From IMG/VR virus record IMGVR_UViG_3300024983_000001, positions 200,745 through 257,054 of that record: a stretch of 56,310 nucleotides of DNA; one strand, 5' to 3'. The notes beneath the pieces are model-generated. The model worked only from the letters and a program-made list of their open reading frames with translations. It was not told the DNA's origin and did not search any database. The DNA comes from a virus. Positions 25,857 to 35,763 of this stretch are shown in pieces; within the stretch, counting starts at the first letter, position 1; each line of letters begins with the position of its first letter. The position numbers and the translations under genes were made by a program.

Positions 25857-27545
25857 TTAACTCCCAACCACTAAAAGTTCTATCTTTGCCCCTGCCGTTG
25901 GAATGTTGTTGGCAGTAAATGTAATTTGTGTTGCACTGTCTTCCGTGTAGTCCTCGGCCGCACCTTCCATATTTTTTAGACCATTAACAAAAACCCATAG
26001 CCTATTGGTGCCAACTGGATACGACATCGGGATTGTTGACAGATCATATATTGCCGCACCTGTTGCCGTTATTAGAGCACGTGTTACAGCGGTTTTATTG
26101 TCCACATACTGTTTGGTAGCAGCTTGCAACGCAGTTGTTGGGTCTGAGTCAAGTGTTAATGTACCGCCAGTTAAAACAGTCACGTTGCCTGTAAATTCGG
26201 CATTGTCTTTATCAGCTTTGTGTAGATCAATTGCAGTGATTGCTTCTTGAACAGGAATATCGGTACTTTGCCCATACAAATCCGTGAGCATGGTTGTGTT
26301 GGGGGCAGCAAGAGTGGTGTAAATTACGTCCGAAGCAATGTGCTGGTGCGTAAATGGTGCAATACCAGTGATGTTGATGATACCACCTACGGTAGTGTGC
26401 AACGCTAATACACCAGTCGAAGCATTCAATAAGCCCGAATCAACAACACCATCTGCACCAGCAGCGATCAATAGGTTATCTACGTATTGTTTTGTAACAG
26501 CATCCAACGGACTAACAGGATTGCCCGATAACGTTAAGATGCCCAGCATTGTATCACCGGCGCGAGACACTTTATTAGGAATTTCTGCGGCAGCAACTTG
26601 CAACGCATCAAGTTGTGTTTGAATCGCACTTGTTACACCAACAAGATAATTAACTTCTGTTGAAGTCAGAGCTGGATCTAAACCATCTAACAATGTAGAC
26701 TGTGCAGCAGTTACGTGGACTGTTGTATCTGTGGCGTGAGCGGCTAAGGTGTTATCGGAATATTGTTTAGTAACGGCGCCAAGTGATGCAACAGGATCAG
26801 CACTCAATATCAACAAACCTGTCATTGTATCACCAGTAATACTCACAGATGTGTTGTCAACATATTGTTTGGTGGCTGCTTCGAGTGCTGTTGTTGGATC
26901 TGCTTCTAATACAAGAGGTCCTGTTAAAGTGCCGCCTGACAACGGTAAATAACCATCGGTAACTTTAATCCAATCAAGGGCGACGATATTACCGTCAAAA
27001 GTGCCAACGGGTACGGTTTCGCTTGTAGGAATATTAATGGCTGTTTCTCCAGCTGCCACAACCTGCACACTCTGAATGTGATAAACTTTGTTATTGCCGG
27101 TTGAGTTTGTTACAGCAAACGAATCAATGTTTAACAAGTAATTGTAAGCATCGTTTGTGAGAGTATCTTGTATAAAAAAGCGTTTTAATAACTGATCACC
27201 ACCAATAATGTTATACGTGTTGGTTGTTTTAAACACTCGCATTTCATTCACTGAAGTATCAAACCATGTTTGACCAATAGTTGGATTAACAGGTGATACG
27301 GGGCCCGCAAAGTTTTCTAACAAATACAGAATATTATTTTGAAAACGCTCACCATAATTTGGAACACCCTTTCCGTATATCAACAGGGCGGTGCTTGAAT
27401 TTATCGAGTTGTACTGACCACCATTGAGAGCAGGATTTGTAGGAATGGCAGGACCATCAGTGTGGTACGACTGAACAACAATCGTTTCCTTACCAGGAAC
27501 GACTGTTGAATCGGATGCAAATGTTAAATTATATGTCGTGCTCAT
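25857..27545 (-). CDS. tail fibre-like structural protein
   Basis: Shared N-terminal GKG..NYGE..LENFA..GQ.WFD domain; four DP..AL.AATKQYVD repeats; HQH motif. Confidence 0.75.
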   Translation of the reverse strand: MSTTYNLTFASDSTVVPGKETIVVQSYHTDGPAIPTNPALNGGQYNSINSSTALLIYGKGVPNYGERFQNNILYLLENFAGPVSPVNPTIGQTWFDTSVNEMRVFKTTNTYNIIGGDQLLKRFFIQDTLTNDAYNYLLNIDSFAVTNSTGNNKVYHIQSVQVVAAGETAINIPTSETVPVGTFDGNIVALDWIKVTDGYLPLSGGTLTGPLVLEADPTTALEAATKQYVDNTSVSITGDTMTGLLILSADPVASLGAVTKQYSDNTLAAHATDTTVHVTAAQSTLLDGLDPALTSTEVNYLVGVTSAIQTQLDALQVAAAEIPNKVSRAGDTMLGILTLSGNPVSPLDAVTKQYVDNLLIAAGADGVVDSGLLNASTGVLALHTTVGGIINITGIAPFTHQHIASDVIYTTLAAPNTTMLTDLYGQSTDIPVQEAITAIDLHKADKDNAEFTGNVTVLTGGTLTLDSDPTTALQAATKQYVDNKTAVTRALITATGAAIYDLSTIPMSYPVGTNRLWVFVNGLKNMEGAAEDYTEDSATQITFTANNIPTAGAKIELLVVGS

Positions 27546-27559
27546 CTAAAGTGGTTCCT

Positions 27560-28786
27560 TTAACTATAAACAGCTGGGAAGATTTGTCTCCAGGCGCCTG
27601 CTGCATACATTGATATCACTGGGCCAGCTGCAACTTTAATGTCACCATCTTTAGGTGTAGTTGGGTTGATTACAGGTAATGTTGCGCCCGCGCCTCCAAC
27701 TGCAGTACTGATAGCATCATCAACATACTTTTTGTTAGGCACGTGATTATTAGCCGTAACTAACGTTTCGTAGTTGGCAGTTGTTAGTGTAGCAACACCT
27801 GTTGTATCAACTGTGAACAATGTAGTTGCGGCTGATGTTTCGCCACCTTTGTGAACGGCAAATACTGCTGTACCGGTATTGGTGCTGTCAATGTTGAAGT
27901 GTAAGTTGGTTTCAGCAGCAACCAACCCCTCGGCCAACATTTTGATGTCGGGTACAACAGCAGCGTCATTGGCAAATACGAGCGGCCCGATGTTGGTGTC
28001 CCCGGATTTTGTAATCTTATTAGCGAGAGAATTGTCAACGTAATTCTTGTTCGCGGCGTCCGTTAGGTTGATGGGGTCGGGTAAATTTGTGAGAGTGTAC
28101 AAATTGTTCATGTTGAGGTTGCCACTCATAGGAGCAGTACCCGAACTCAAAATTAACGCGACCCACTGAGTGCCATCCCACATAAACAGCTGACTTGTGG
28201 TGGTGTCATACCACAGCTGGCCAAGATAAGGAGTTGTTGGGTTTGGTGTATATGTCATACTACCACCAATGGTTTGTGTAGTAACCGGCTCATTTACTAC
28301 TACCGTGGTTTCGTTTGCGCCAGAGTTGTATGCGGTTGTGGCTACCGTGTAGACACCATCATTAACACCGCCAGGTGTGCCAGAGACGGCAAATTGAGTA
28401 CCATTAGCAAGAGTTGCTGTTTGATTACCGCTGATTACAAACGATTGACTAACACCATTTGCTGATAAAACAGAAAAGGTGAAAACAGAAAGTCCACTTG
28501 TTGTAACCCATTGGTTATCCTTGTTAAGAACCTTTAATGCGTTTTCGCCGTAGTCAAACCACAACTGGCCAATAGTTCGCACGCTTGCAGAAGGCGGATT
28601 TGGGCTAGCAAAATTCTCCAACATGTGTAGGAGGTTTTCGTTGATGTTTTCGCCGTAGGTAAGCAGTCCTTGACCGCAAAGGTTGATGGAAGTATGTGTG
28701 TTATCAACTTGTCCTGGCAACACAACAATGGGTGTTTTGCCGGTGTTGATTTCATCGGTATAATTAATAACGTATGTAGTAGCCAT
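27560..28786 (-). CDS. tail fibre/baseplate-like structural protein
   Basis: Same N-terminal domain; GQLWYD repeats; DAANKNYVD and NKKYVD motifs. Confidence 0.75.
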   Translation of the reverse strand: MATTYVINYTDEINTGKTPIVVLPGQVDNTHTSINLCGQGLLTYGENINENLLHMLENFASPNPPSASVRTIGQLWFDYGENALKVLNKDNQWVTTSGLSVFTFSVLSANGVSQSFVISGNQTATLANGTQFAVSGTPGGVNDGVYTVATTAYNSGANETTVVVNEPVTTQTIGGSMTYTPNPTTPYLGQLWYDTTTSQLFMWDGTQWVALILSSGTAPMSGNLNMNNLYTLTNLPDPINLTDAANKNYVDNSLANKITKSGDTNIGPLVFANDAAVVPDIKMLAEGLVAAETNLHFNIDSTNTGTAVFAVHKGGETSAATTLFTVDTTGVATLTTANYETLVTANNHVPNKKYVDDAISTAVGGAGATLPVINPTTPKDGDIKVAAGPVISMYAAGAWRQIFPAVYS

Positions 28787-28854
28787 TTACTGTGTCTCCC
28801 AGACTATTTAATAAAATTCTCAATATTATTTATGACTATGGAACTTTTTTAATT

Positions 28855-30144
28855 TTAACTGGGGGTAACAGTCACAGGGGTGATTTCACTATCAAACAAT
28901 AGTTTAAATGCTGCGTTTTGTATAGCAGTGTAATGTAGATATTCGATGGTGTGATTAATACGGAAAACATCAATACCCAAATCTAAAGGACAACTGCTCT
29001 TACACATACGTAATACTCTGCAATCCCCACAGTGCCACTCACGAGACAAATCAACATGTTTAATTTTTATGCCCTTTATGTCTATCAAATTACCACTAAT
29101 GTATGATTCATCCACATTTTGACAAGTTCTTGCATTTCCATATATGTCCAACGATAACAATCGTTTGTCGTCCACACCACAATTGGTTTTGATAATGTGA
29201 GGTGTTTCTGATTGTAATGATTTTGCGTAAGGTAATACACCCATACCAGTATGGAATAAACTATTGGCCAATAATGGACCTGTTTTTGTTGCACCATATA
29301 CACGAAGTTGCTTTAAATGTTCGTTTAAATATCTATTCAATACAGCCGAGTACATTGCCAAATCTTCGCCTGATATAACATGATGTGATGAGTTTTGGGC
29401 GAGCGTCTTATCGTAAACACGTCCTAATTCATAACTCAATGTTACGGGTTGCAGTCCTGTCTTTGTGAAGTAGTCTTGAAAAAAATCATTAATTTTGAAC
29501 AAATCGTAATTTGTTTTACTAATTACAGGATTGAAACTAAACTGCATTTTGGGAAAGTTTTCCTGAATGCCTTTGAGAACCTCAACTTTTTTGTGAAGGA
29601 ATTCTTTACCACGTAATGACTCATGTCCCGGCCCATCATGACTAATACCAAACGCAACTCTGCCTTTAATTTGTTTGAAATATTCGACGTGTTTGGGCAT
29701 TAATGTTGTTCCGTTGGTTGGAATATACCACACGATTTGTTCATTATCGAATGCTTCAATAATTTGCATGATGTCGGGCCAATATAACAACGTTTCACCA
29801 CCCCACAATTCAATACGATTCGTTTTTGACATATCGAGGTGTCGTTTCATATTTTTGATTAGCATTGGTGTAGAACCTTGTGCGGGTCGTTCGTTTGGGT
29901 TACCGATGTCTTTCTGCATACAATAACCACAACTATAATTGCAACCATGCCCTAGGGTGATTTTGATGGTGTACGGATCTTTGGCAACAGACGTTGAACC
30001 AAAATCCTCAATCATTTGTCCTGTTTCGGCGTTAGCCTCGTATAACTTGCTTAATTTGTTGAGGTTATTATCCAACAACGAATTTGTTTCGTTGTTGTAG
30101 TGAAAAAACTCACCTGTACGTTCAATTTTAAATTTGTGTATCAT
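28855..30144 (-). CDS. radical SAM/SPASM maturase
   Basis: CNYSCGYC, WGGET, PTNGT, ISHDGP; C-terminal CGV..D..GN..TC..CGDC..LRMCKSSCP. Confidence 0.9.
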   Translation of the reverse strand: MIHKFKIERTGEFFHYNNETNSLLDNNLNKLSKLYEANAETGQMIEDFGSTSVAKDPYTIKITLGHGCNYSCGYCMQKDIGNPNERPAQGSTPMLIKNMKRHLDMSKTNRIELWGGETLLYWPDIMQIIEAFDNEQIVWYIPTNGTTLMPKHVEYFKQIKGRVAFGISHDGPGHESLRGKEFLHKKVEVLKGIQENFPKMQFSFNPVISKTNYDLFKINDFFQDYFTKTGLQPVTLSYELGRVYDKTLAQNSSHHVISGEDLAMYSAVLNRYLNEHLKQLRVYGATKTGPLLANSLFHTGMGVLPYAKSLQSETPHIIKTNCGVDDKRLLSLDIYGNARTCQNVDESYISGNLIDIKGIKIKHVDLSREWHCGDCRVLRMCKSSCPLDLGIDVFRINHTIEYLHYTAIQNAAFKLLFDSEITPVTVTPS

Positions 30145-31315
30145 TTTTAGTCTTTATTATCGTATCTTTAATTGTTATAAGTGGTATAACATCGCCATTA
30201 TTTTTTGTCGGTAAGAACAATCCAAATTTGTGGTCTATCCATCCCTGTTGCACAAAAGCATTGTATAATGAAGTCCACGGTTTCAGTAAAATTATTGGAA
30301 TAAAGTTAAAGTTCTTGTTGATTTCTACACTAGAAGCGACATAAGAAAAATAATTAAAATACTTATTATCATCACGATTTCGAATTTTCGATATGTATTG
30401 TTTATACATATCAACTTTTGTTAACAGGGAGTTATATACTAACCGTTCCACATTATCAGCTCCATCAGTAACAATATCATAAAATGGTCGTGAATTAATT
30501 GCAATGGCCTGTGATATCGTATGAAATACAGAGGTGTACTGTAAATGGACAACCTCGCCTAATATTTGATAAGCGTCTGAGTCTTCTGAGTAGTAAGTAA
30601 ATTGTTGATAGTCAGCCTGTTCCAATTTCCACTTGTTATTACGGTCTTGGGTAATGTCATCATGAATACAAACGTGTATGTTGTGACTGTGTGCCCAATC
30701 AATCAATTTAATTACAGCATCCTGTTTTTCACCATCATCAGTGCAAAAAATTATTTTTAATTTTAATAATGGCGTCTTGGAGTGCATAATTTCTAATTTA
30801 GCAACCAGATCGTCGGCAAGCTGGCCACTTTTCTTAGCCAAAAAGATATCACTGAACGATATTTCATATATCGATGAAAAATTCATTTCGTTCATAATGA
30901 TGTCATATTGTTGCAAAAATGCATTATCAGTCATCGCTGTTGAACAGAAGTGGTGGCTATTACGTTTATAAAAATCAAATAAATGTGGATGTTTGCGTTT
31001 TAACCAGAATAAATCATCCATCGTAGATACAATAGTGAAATGTTTGAAGAACTTTAAGATCTGTTCTTCTGTTTCGGGTGGAATGAATGGTGGGACCATC
31101 ACACCAAATTCTTCGTCAGTTGGCCAGTCCTTTTGGACGTAACACATCTTACAACCAGCTTTACACATGTATCGTTTTGTAGTTGAAAACACGAGTTCAT
31201 TAGTTACGTTACGTAATGCATCGTACCCCAAAAAGTGATCTTTAAAAAAGTCGGGATCTTCGGGTAAATCGGGTGTATCGTGTTCTGTATATTCGTTAAT
31301 CATATTCCAATCCAA
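30128..31315 (-). CDS. divergent radical SAM-like protein
   Basis: CKAGCKMC (CxxxCxxC) near the N-terminus, MTDN, EISFSD; no clear GGEP or SPASM motif. Confidence 0.6.
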   Translation of the reverse strand: MDWNMINEYTEHDTPDLPEDPDFFKDHFLGYDALRNVTNELVFSTTKRYMCKAGCKMCYVQKDWPTDEEFGVMVPPFIPPETEEQILKFFKHFTIVSTMDDLFWLKRKHPHLFDFYKRNSHHFCSTAMTDNAFLQQYDIIMNEMNFSSIYEISFSDIFLAKKSGQLADDLVAKLEIMHSKTPLLKLKIIFCTDDGEKQDAVIKLIDWAHSHNIHVCIHDDITQDRNNKWKLEQADYQQFTYYSEDSDAYQILGEVVHLQYTSVFHTISQAIAINSRPFYDIVTDGADNVERLVYNSLLTKVDMYKQYISKIRNRDDNKYFNYFSYVASSVEINKNFNFIPIILLKPWTSLYNAFVQQGWIDHKFGLFLPTKNNGDVIPLITIKDTIIKTKNDTQI

Positions 31316-32388
31316 TGCATTAAAGTTGGTTTCTGCCTCAACTTTTGCGAGTGCTTGATAGCTATATTTAACATTTGATAAAATGTTCTACAGTTACCCT
31401 GTGGTGTTTTTTCAAATTCTTTATACAAAAACTTTAAACCGCATTGGTCACGGGACTCACAATCAACACATATCAGTGGGATAAGTGGCGTTTCTTGGTC
31501 AGGATTATCACGTACAAGCTTGATTGGGATAATTGTTTGTTTTTTCCAGGTACCAACAACTGTATCATACATCTTGTATTCAAGAAAATCGTATTCAGGA
31601 TAGATATAACCATCCGGTGATAGAATTATTTGTTTGTGATTTTCAAAATAATGTTTGTCAAAGTCGTGCTCTTGTCCATCGATCAGTACCGTCATACCCA
31701 TTACATACAACATTTCAATAAATTTTGTGAAAGCATTGAAGAAAGCTTTGAGATCTATTTCATCAACAATTACGCGAAATTTGTCCTTGCCGCGGATATG
31801 ACGGAGAGGAATGATATTAATTCTTTTGATGTTATTTTTGGCGCAAACGTCTGTGATACTTTTAATAGTATCTAGGCTGAAAGCGTTTCGTTTGTGAATA
31901 GGCACCACGAACTGAAACTGAATGTTGTTTACCCCAGCAGACTGAAGAGCTTGTATCGTGGCTGCGATATCAAATTCCGTTCTATTTTCGCCCTGAAACA
32001 GAAAATCATAACTAATACTAACAAATAATCGCTCTTTCCATTTTTTCAAAAACCACTCATTTCCAACAATAAGACTTCCATTCGTTTGTATATAAAACGG
32101 AAAATTACTATCGGGAAACATTTCATCTATTTTATCCAAAATGTTATCCATCAGCTGCACATAAACAAAAGGTTCACCGCCGTGAAAATTTAGCATACTA
32201 AGAGGGTAATTGCCGTCGTCAGTCTTCATCAAGCTGATGAAGTTGATAATATCTTCGATATCATCGGTGTGCATTCGTTGTCCACCGATTGTGTCTTTAA
32301 TATAATCACGATCACAATAAGAACACTCGAAGTTACAAACGTTACCCAAGTAGATACTTAGGTACTTTGCGCCAGTTGTGGTAATCAT
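31300..32388 (-). CDS. radical SAM protein with partial SPASM domain
   Basis: CNFECSYC, FHGGEPF, IQTNGS, SISYD; C-terminal CVDC..RDQC..C. Confidence 0.9.
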   Translation of the reverse strand: MITTTGAKYLSIYLGNVCNFECSYCDRDYIKDTIGGQRMHTDDIEDIINFISLMKTDDGNYPLSMLNFHGGEPFVYVQLMDNILDKIDEMFPDSNFPFYIQTNGSLIVGNEWFLKKWKERLFVSISYDFLFQGENRTEFDIAATIQALQSAGVNNIQFQFVVPIHKRNAFSLDTIKSITDVCAKNNIKRINIIPLRHIRGKDKFRVIVDEIDLKAFFNAFTKFIEMLYVMGMTVLIDGQEHDFDKHYFENHKQIILSPDGYIYPEYDFLEYKMYDTVVGTWKKQTIIPIKLVRDNPDQETPLIPLICVDCESRDQCGLKFLYKEFEKTPQGNCRTFYQMLNIAIKHSQKLRQKPTLMHWIGI

Positions 32389-34085
32389 AGTTGAACCAGT
32401 TTCTTTGTTTTTTGTAATATATCGCCCTTCATGTTTAAAATAATCATGTGCGCAAGGGCAAAGTAAAATGCGCTTCTCTCAACTGTTAATGTGTCTGTAT
32501 CTTGTACAGATGAATCGGATGGTATATTGTTGTGGTTGAGCAATTGGACATAAAAATCACGAATAGATAATTCAGGGCCTGTTATTGTAGGCATGTAGTT
32601 GCAGGCACACGGTAGCTGCACTGTGCCTTGTTTAATAAGGGACATAAAGTGACCTAATATGATTTCATGTTTTGGAAAATTGATAAGATCGGCATCAATT
32701 TCACCAACAGCCAAGTGGTGGCCAGTAATTTTTTTATACATTAAATGCGTGGCCATTTTTCTATACAATAGTTCGGGGTCCATTGTCTGTGCCGCTGAAA
32801 CAATATCCATGTATTTTTCTTTAAACACCTTTTTTGAGTTATCGTTCTGTAAATCTATAAACAATGTCACGATTTGTTGACACATACTATCGGGTCTAAA
32901 CATTTGTTTGTGCCCGGTGCTTAGATTTCCAGCAGGACATTGATAACAGAATCCTTTAAGGTTGCATGTCTTGCATTGTTCTTCCTCTTCGAACATCTTG
33001 TCGTACGTAGCCTGAAATGTTTCGTAGCGATCGGTATACAAATTATCATTCAATATGTTACCCAATACAGTTTGTTTTAATGCACTCTTTTGATTGGTGA
33101 AGAAATAACACCCTGCAAAATCGCCAGAAGCATCAACAGCTATCATGTCAGAACCGACCATACAATTGCTGTTTTTCTTGGTCCCCACTCCTTCAGAAAA
33201 TTGAATATCAAATCCAGGCATTTCTGTAATGAGCCACAAAATGGTTGCATGTAATGCGTCCCATTCTACGGCCGTCCACTTGATGTTACCTGTACCAGCA
33301 CTCATTGTAAGAGGGTGAATAACCATTACACGTAAACCTTGATCATAAAGTCTTGTTGCAAAGTCTTTTAGATATGGTGCCGTTTCGCGTGATATGGTGC
33401 ACCGCACACTAATCATCTTGCTGTTTTTGTGGAAGGAAGGAATTTTACCAACACACGAAATAATATGGTCAATGTCATCTTGTGTTACTTCACGGTGGTC
33501 AACATCTTTGTTGTCTGTATCTAAGCTGATGGACATGTTCACGAAATCGTTTGCAAAGTATTCGGCAATAAAGTCGTCAGTCAGTAATGTGCCGTTAGTA
33601 ATCATACTAATTCGTACCGATTGAGATTTTTCTTGTATTTCTTCCTTGTGGGTTTTAATAAAGTCGGTAATCAACCCTTTGTGGATGAGAGGTTCCCCGC
33701 CAAAAAATTGAAACAACTTGCCGTCCATATCGTTTGCGTTGTACAGAAAATCGTACATTTTCTTTAGGGAATCAACTGTAAATCGACCATAATCGGTATT
33801 GTGTTGCTCGTAGCAGTACGAACATGCTAGGTTACATGCGTTGGTGAGAATGATGTTGAGGTGTTTTAAGTCTTCGAAACGTTCTTTGTGGGCGGCAATT
33901 GATTCCACTGTTTCTGCATCACTCGGTAGTACCGAAATGAGTTTATTTTTCTTGGTGCCTTTAGAGGTTTCGTGAAAAGTGGTGACGACCTGCATGCCGT
34001 CTGGGGTATTCACAATTGGTTCGAGTTTGAGTTTTGCAAATTGCTCGCGGCTAACGAATTTTATAGTACTAACTGATTCGGACAT
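32385..34085 (-). CDS. radical SAM/SPASM maturase with C-terminal extension
   Basis: CNLACSYC, FFGGEPL, ITNGTLL, SISLD; full SPASM CMVG..GDFAGC..CKTC..FCYQCP..C. Confidence 0.92.
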   Translation of the reverse strand: MSESVSTIKFVSREQFAKLKLEPIVNTPDGMQVVTTFHETSKGTKKNKLISVLPSDAETVESIAAHKERFEDLKHLNIILTNACNLACSYCYEQHNTDYGRFTVDSLKKMYDFLYNANDMDGKLFQFFGGEPLIHKGLITDFIKTHKEEIQEKSQSVRISMITNGTLLTDDFIAEYFANDFVNMSISLDTDNKDVDHREVTQDDIDHIISCVGKIPSFHKNSKMISVRCTISRETAPYLKDFATRLYDQGLRVMVIHPLTMSAGTGNIKWTAVEWDALHATILWLITEMPGFDIQFSEGVGTKKNSNCMVGSDMIAVDASGDFAGCYFFTNQKSALKQTVLGNILNDNLYTDRYETFQATYDKMFEEEEQCKTCNLKGFCYQCPAGNLSTGHKQMFRPDSMCQQIVTLFIDLQNDNSKKVFKEKYMDIVSAAQTMDPELLYRKMATHLMYKKITGHHLAVGEIDADLINFPKHEIILGHFMSLIKQGTVQLPCACNYMPTITGPELSIRDFYVQLLNHNNIPSDSSVQDTDTLTVERSAFYFALAHMIILNMKGDILQKTKKLVQL

Positions 34086-34133
34086 TATATGCCTCTTTCT
34101 TTATTATGTGGTATGGTTATATATGGTACAACT

Positions 34134-35096
34134 TTAAGCTATTTTAAAGACTGAATAACAGTACTCCAATGATTCTGTTGTTGTGACCACATCCAGAAAT
34201 AATCCTGCTGGTATATTCACCTTCAAGTATCCTACTGTGGTGTTATCGTCAAATGTAGCAGTAATGTGTCCACCAGAAAGCGAATTAACCCAAAGGTTTG
34301 ATTGTACGTTGGCCATAATAGCGGAGGTGTCAACGTGGCTACATTTTAAAAGATTTATTGGACTATCAAACAAATCCAACGTAAATGATGACCCTTTAAC
34401 ATAAATGGCATTGTTGGGTAAAGAAACAACATTTGAGGAGAATTTGGGTGTGATGATGTTGTCTTTGATATTGCCGTCGTGGTCTGTAATCAACCTAACC
34501 TCAAAATTATCGTTCGATACATCCAACCCCCCACCAATTTTCAACAGTCTTGAGTCTGTAATTAAATAATAAACGGGCAAATTTTTGAGTTTTGCAAATC
34601 CGAAAAAAGCCACTGTTGGTATGAAGGATGGGTGGTTAGAGGTAAGTTCCTCCTTAGTGGCGGCGTTTATAAAAGTGTTTGATGTTCTATCCTTAACAAT
34701 AGTAATTGCTTTTACTAAGGCATCGTTATCTGATGCATCGTTGGCTAGTGGCACACCATAGACGAGCTCGCCATATGTGTCAGCATACGAGCACAGTGCA
34801 TCAAAATCAAGTGGACTAAAAAACGATGGATTGGTATTGGGTTGAAACATGTTGTTTGCGTAGTGTGATATTGCTACACAGTCGGCCATGGCCGACGATT
34901 GGTTGTTACGGACCAATCTAAATGTGTTATCAGCTTTGTTGAAAAAACCAAGATTTATATCAGTTGGTTTAGCTAATTCGTCAAGTCGTTGGAGCGAGTG
35001 TTGTGGTTGTTCAAAATCGTTGTTGATAAATTCACAAAAGTCAGCGAATAAATTGGGGTTATAGTTACCCTCTTTTATAAAAATAACTCGTTTCAT
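34134..35096 (-). CDS. hypothetical protein of the radical SAM operon
   Basis: 320-aa ORF between the Cys-rich peptide and the first radical SAM gene. Confidence 0.75.
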   Translation of the reverse strand: MKRVIFIKEGNYNPNLFADFCEFINNDFEQPQHSLQRLDELAKPTDINLGFFNKADNTFRLVRNNQSSAMADCVAISHYANNMFQPNTNPSFFSPLDFDALCSYADTYGELVYGVPLANDASDNDALVKAITIVKDRTSNTFINAATKEELTSNHPSFIPTVAFFGFAKLKNLPVYYLITDSRLLKIGGGLDVSNDNFEVRLITDHDGNIKDNIITPKFSSNVVSLPNNAIYVKGSSFTLDLFDSPINLLKCSHVDTSAIMANVQSNLWVNSLSGGHITATFDDNTTVGYLKVNIPAGLFLDVVTTTESLEYCYSVFKIA

Positions 35097-35111
35097 TGAG
35101 GTGTTGGGCTC

Positions 35112-35324
35112 TTATAAAATGCCTCTGCCACAAGCACAGTTACAGTTACAGTTACATGCGGTGTTGTAATCATCATAGAAAATATGAGTGTGATTGACCA
35201 ACTCATCCAAAATGTTTAACATTTGCTGGTATGTGGTGGTATCAACAGCAGCACCCTGTGCAACAGCTGGTGCATCGGGTTGCACAGCTGTTACTGTGCT
35301 CAAGTCTTCGGTAGTAGTTGCCAT
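35112..35324 (-). CDS. Cys-rich putative precursor/substrate peptide (…HTH…TACNCNCNCACGRGIL)
   Basis: 70-aa ORF with AGGA RBS; five Cys in alternating CxCxCxCxC at the C-terminus; upstream of four radical SAM genes. Confidence 0.8.
   Translation of the reverse strand: MATTTEDLSTVTAVQPDAPAVAQGAAVDTTTYQQMLNILDELVNHTHIFYDDYNTACNCNCNCACGRGIL
35139..35156 (-). repeat. (TGTAAC)3 in-frame hexamer repeat encoding Cys-Asn x3
   Basis: GTTACA x3 on the plus strand. Confidence 0.85.
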
Positions 35325-35345
35325 ATTAAGTTCCTGTTATTAAAA

Positions 35346-35723
35346 TTAGGATATCACATCATTGATAGAGTGTGTGTGAACTCTAATACTATTTATTGCC
35401 GTAATTAATGCATTAACATCTGCTGCTGTTACAGCATCACCAGTGATTTTTGATAATGCCGTCGGTGTTTTTGCAGATACAACAGCCGAATTAGTAACGG
35501 TTTGTGTTATGCCACTGTACAAACCAAACCCCACAAACGAATAGTCAGCGGTACTGTGATAGTGCACAATCCAATCGTTATAAAGAGTTGCAAAATTATT
35601 AAAATCGTCTTTGCTTATTGGCAACCCAGCCGCGATAGCAGTCCGCATGTTGCTGATAGTAGTCGTCATAGCGGATGGATTGTATCCAATTGGACCGGAT
35701 GTTGTTTGTGTTGTTTGAGCCAT
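35346..35723 (-). CDS. small protein with two helix-HxH modules (putative virion component)
   Basis: GGAG RBS before ATG 35723; GLPI..FN..WIVHYH and GDAV..VN..IRVHTH repeats. Confidence 0.72.
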   Translation of the reverse strand: MAQTTQTTSGPIGYNPSAMTTTISNMRTAIAAGLPISKDDFNNFATLYNDWIVHYHSTADYSFVGFGLYSGITQTVTNSAVVSAKTPTALSKITGDAVTAADVNALITAINSIRVHTHSINDVIS

Positions 35724-35763
35724 ACAAATCTCCAAATAATCATCACATCCTTATGTGATGTGT

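Noticed and set aside
28855-34085. One of the radical SAM genes as the missing QueE or as NrdG
   Set aside because: They are too long, three carry SPASM-type cysteines, and they sit in a late peptide operon away from queD and folE2
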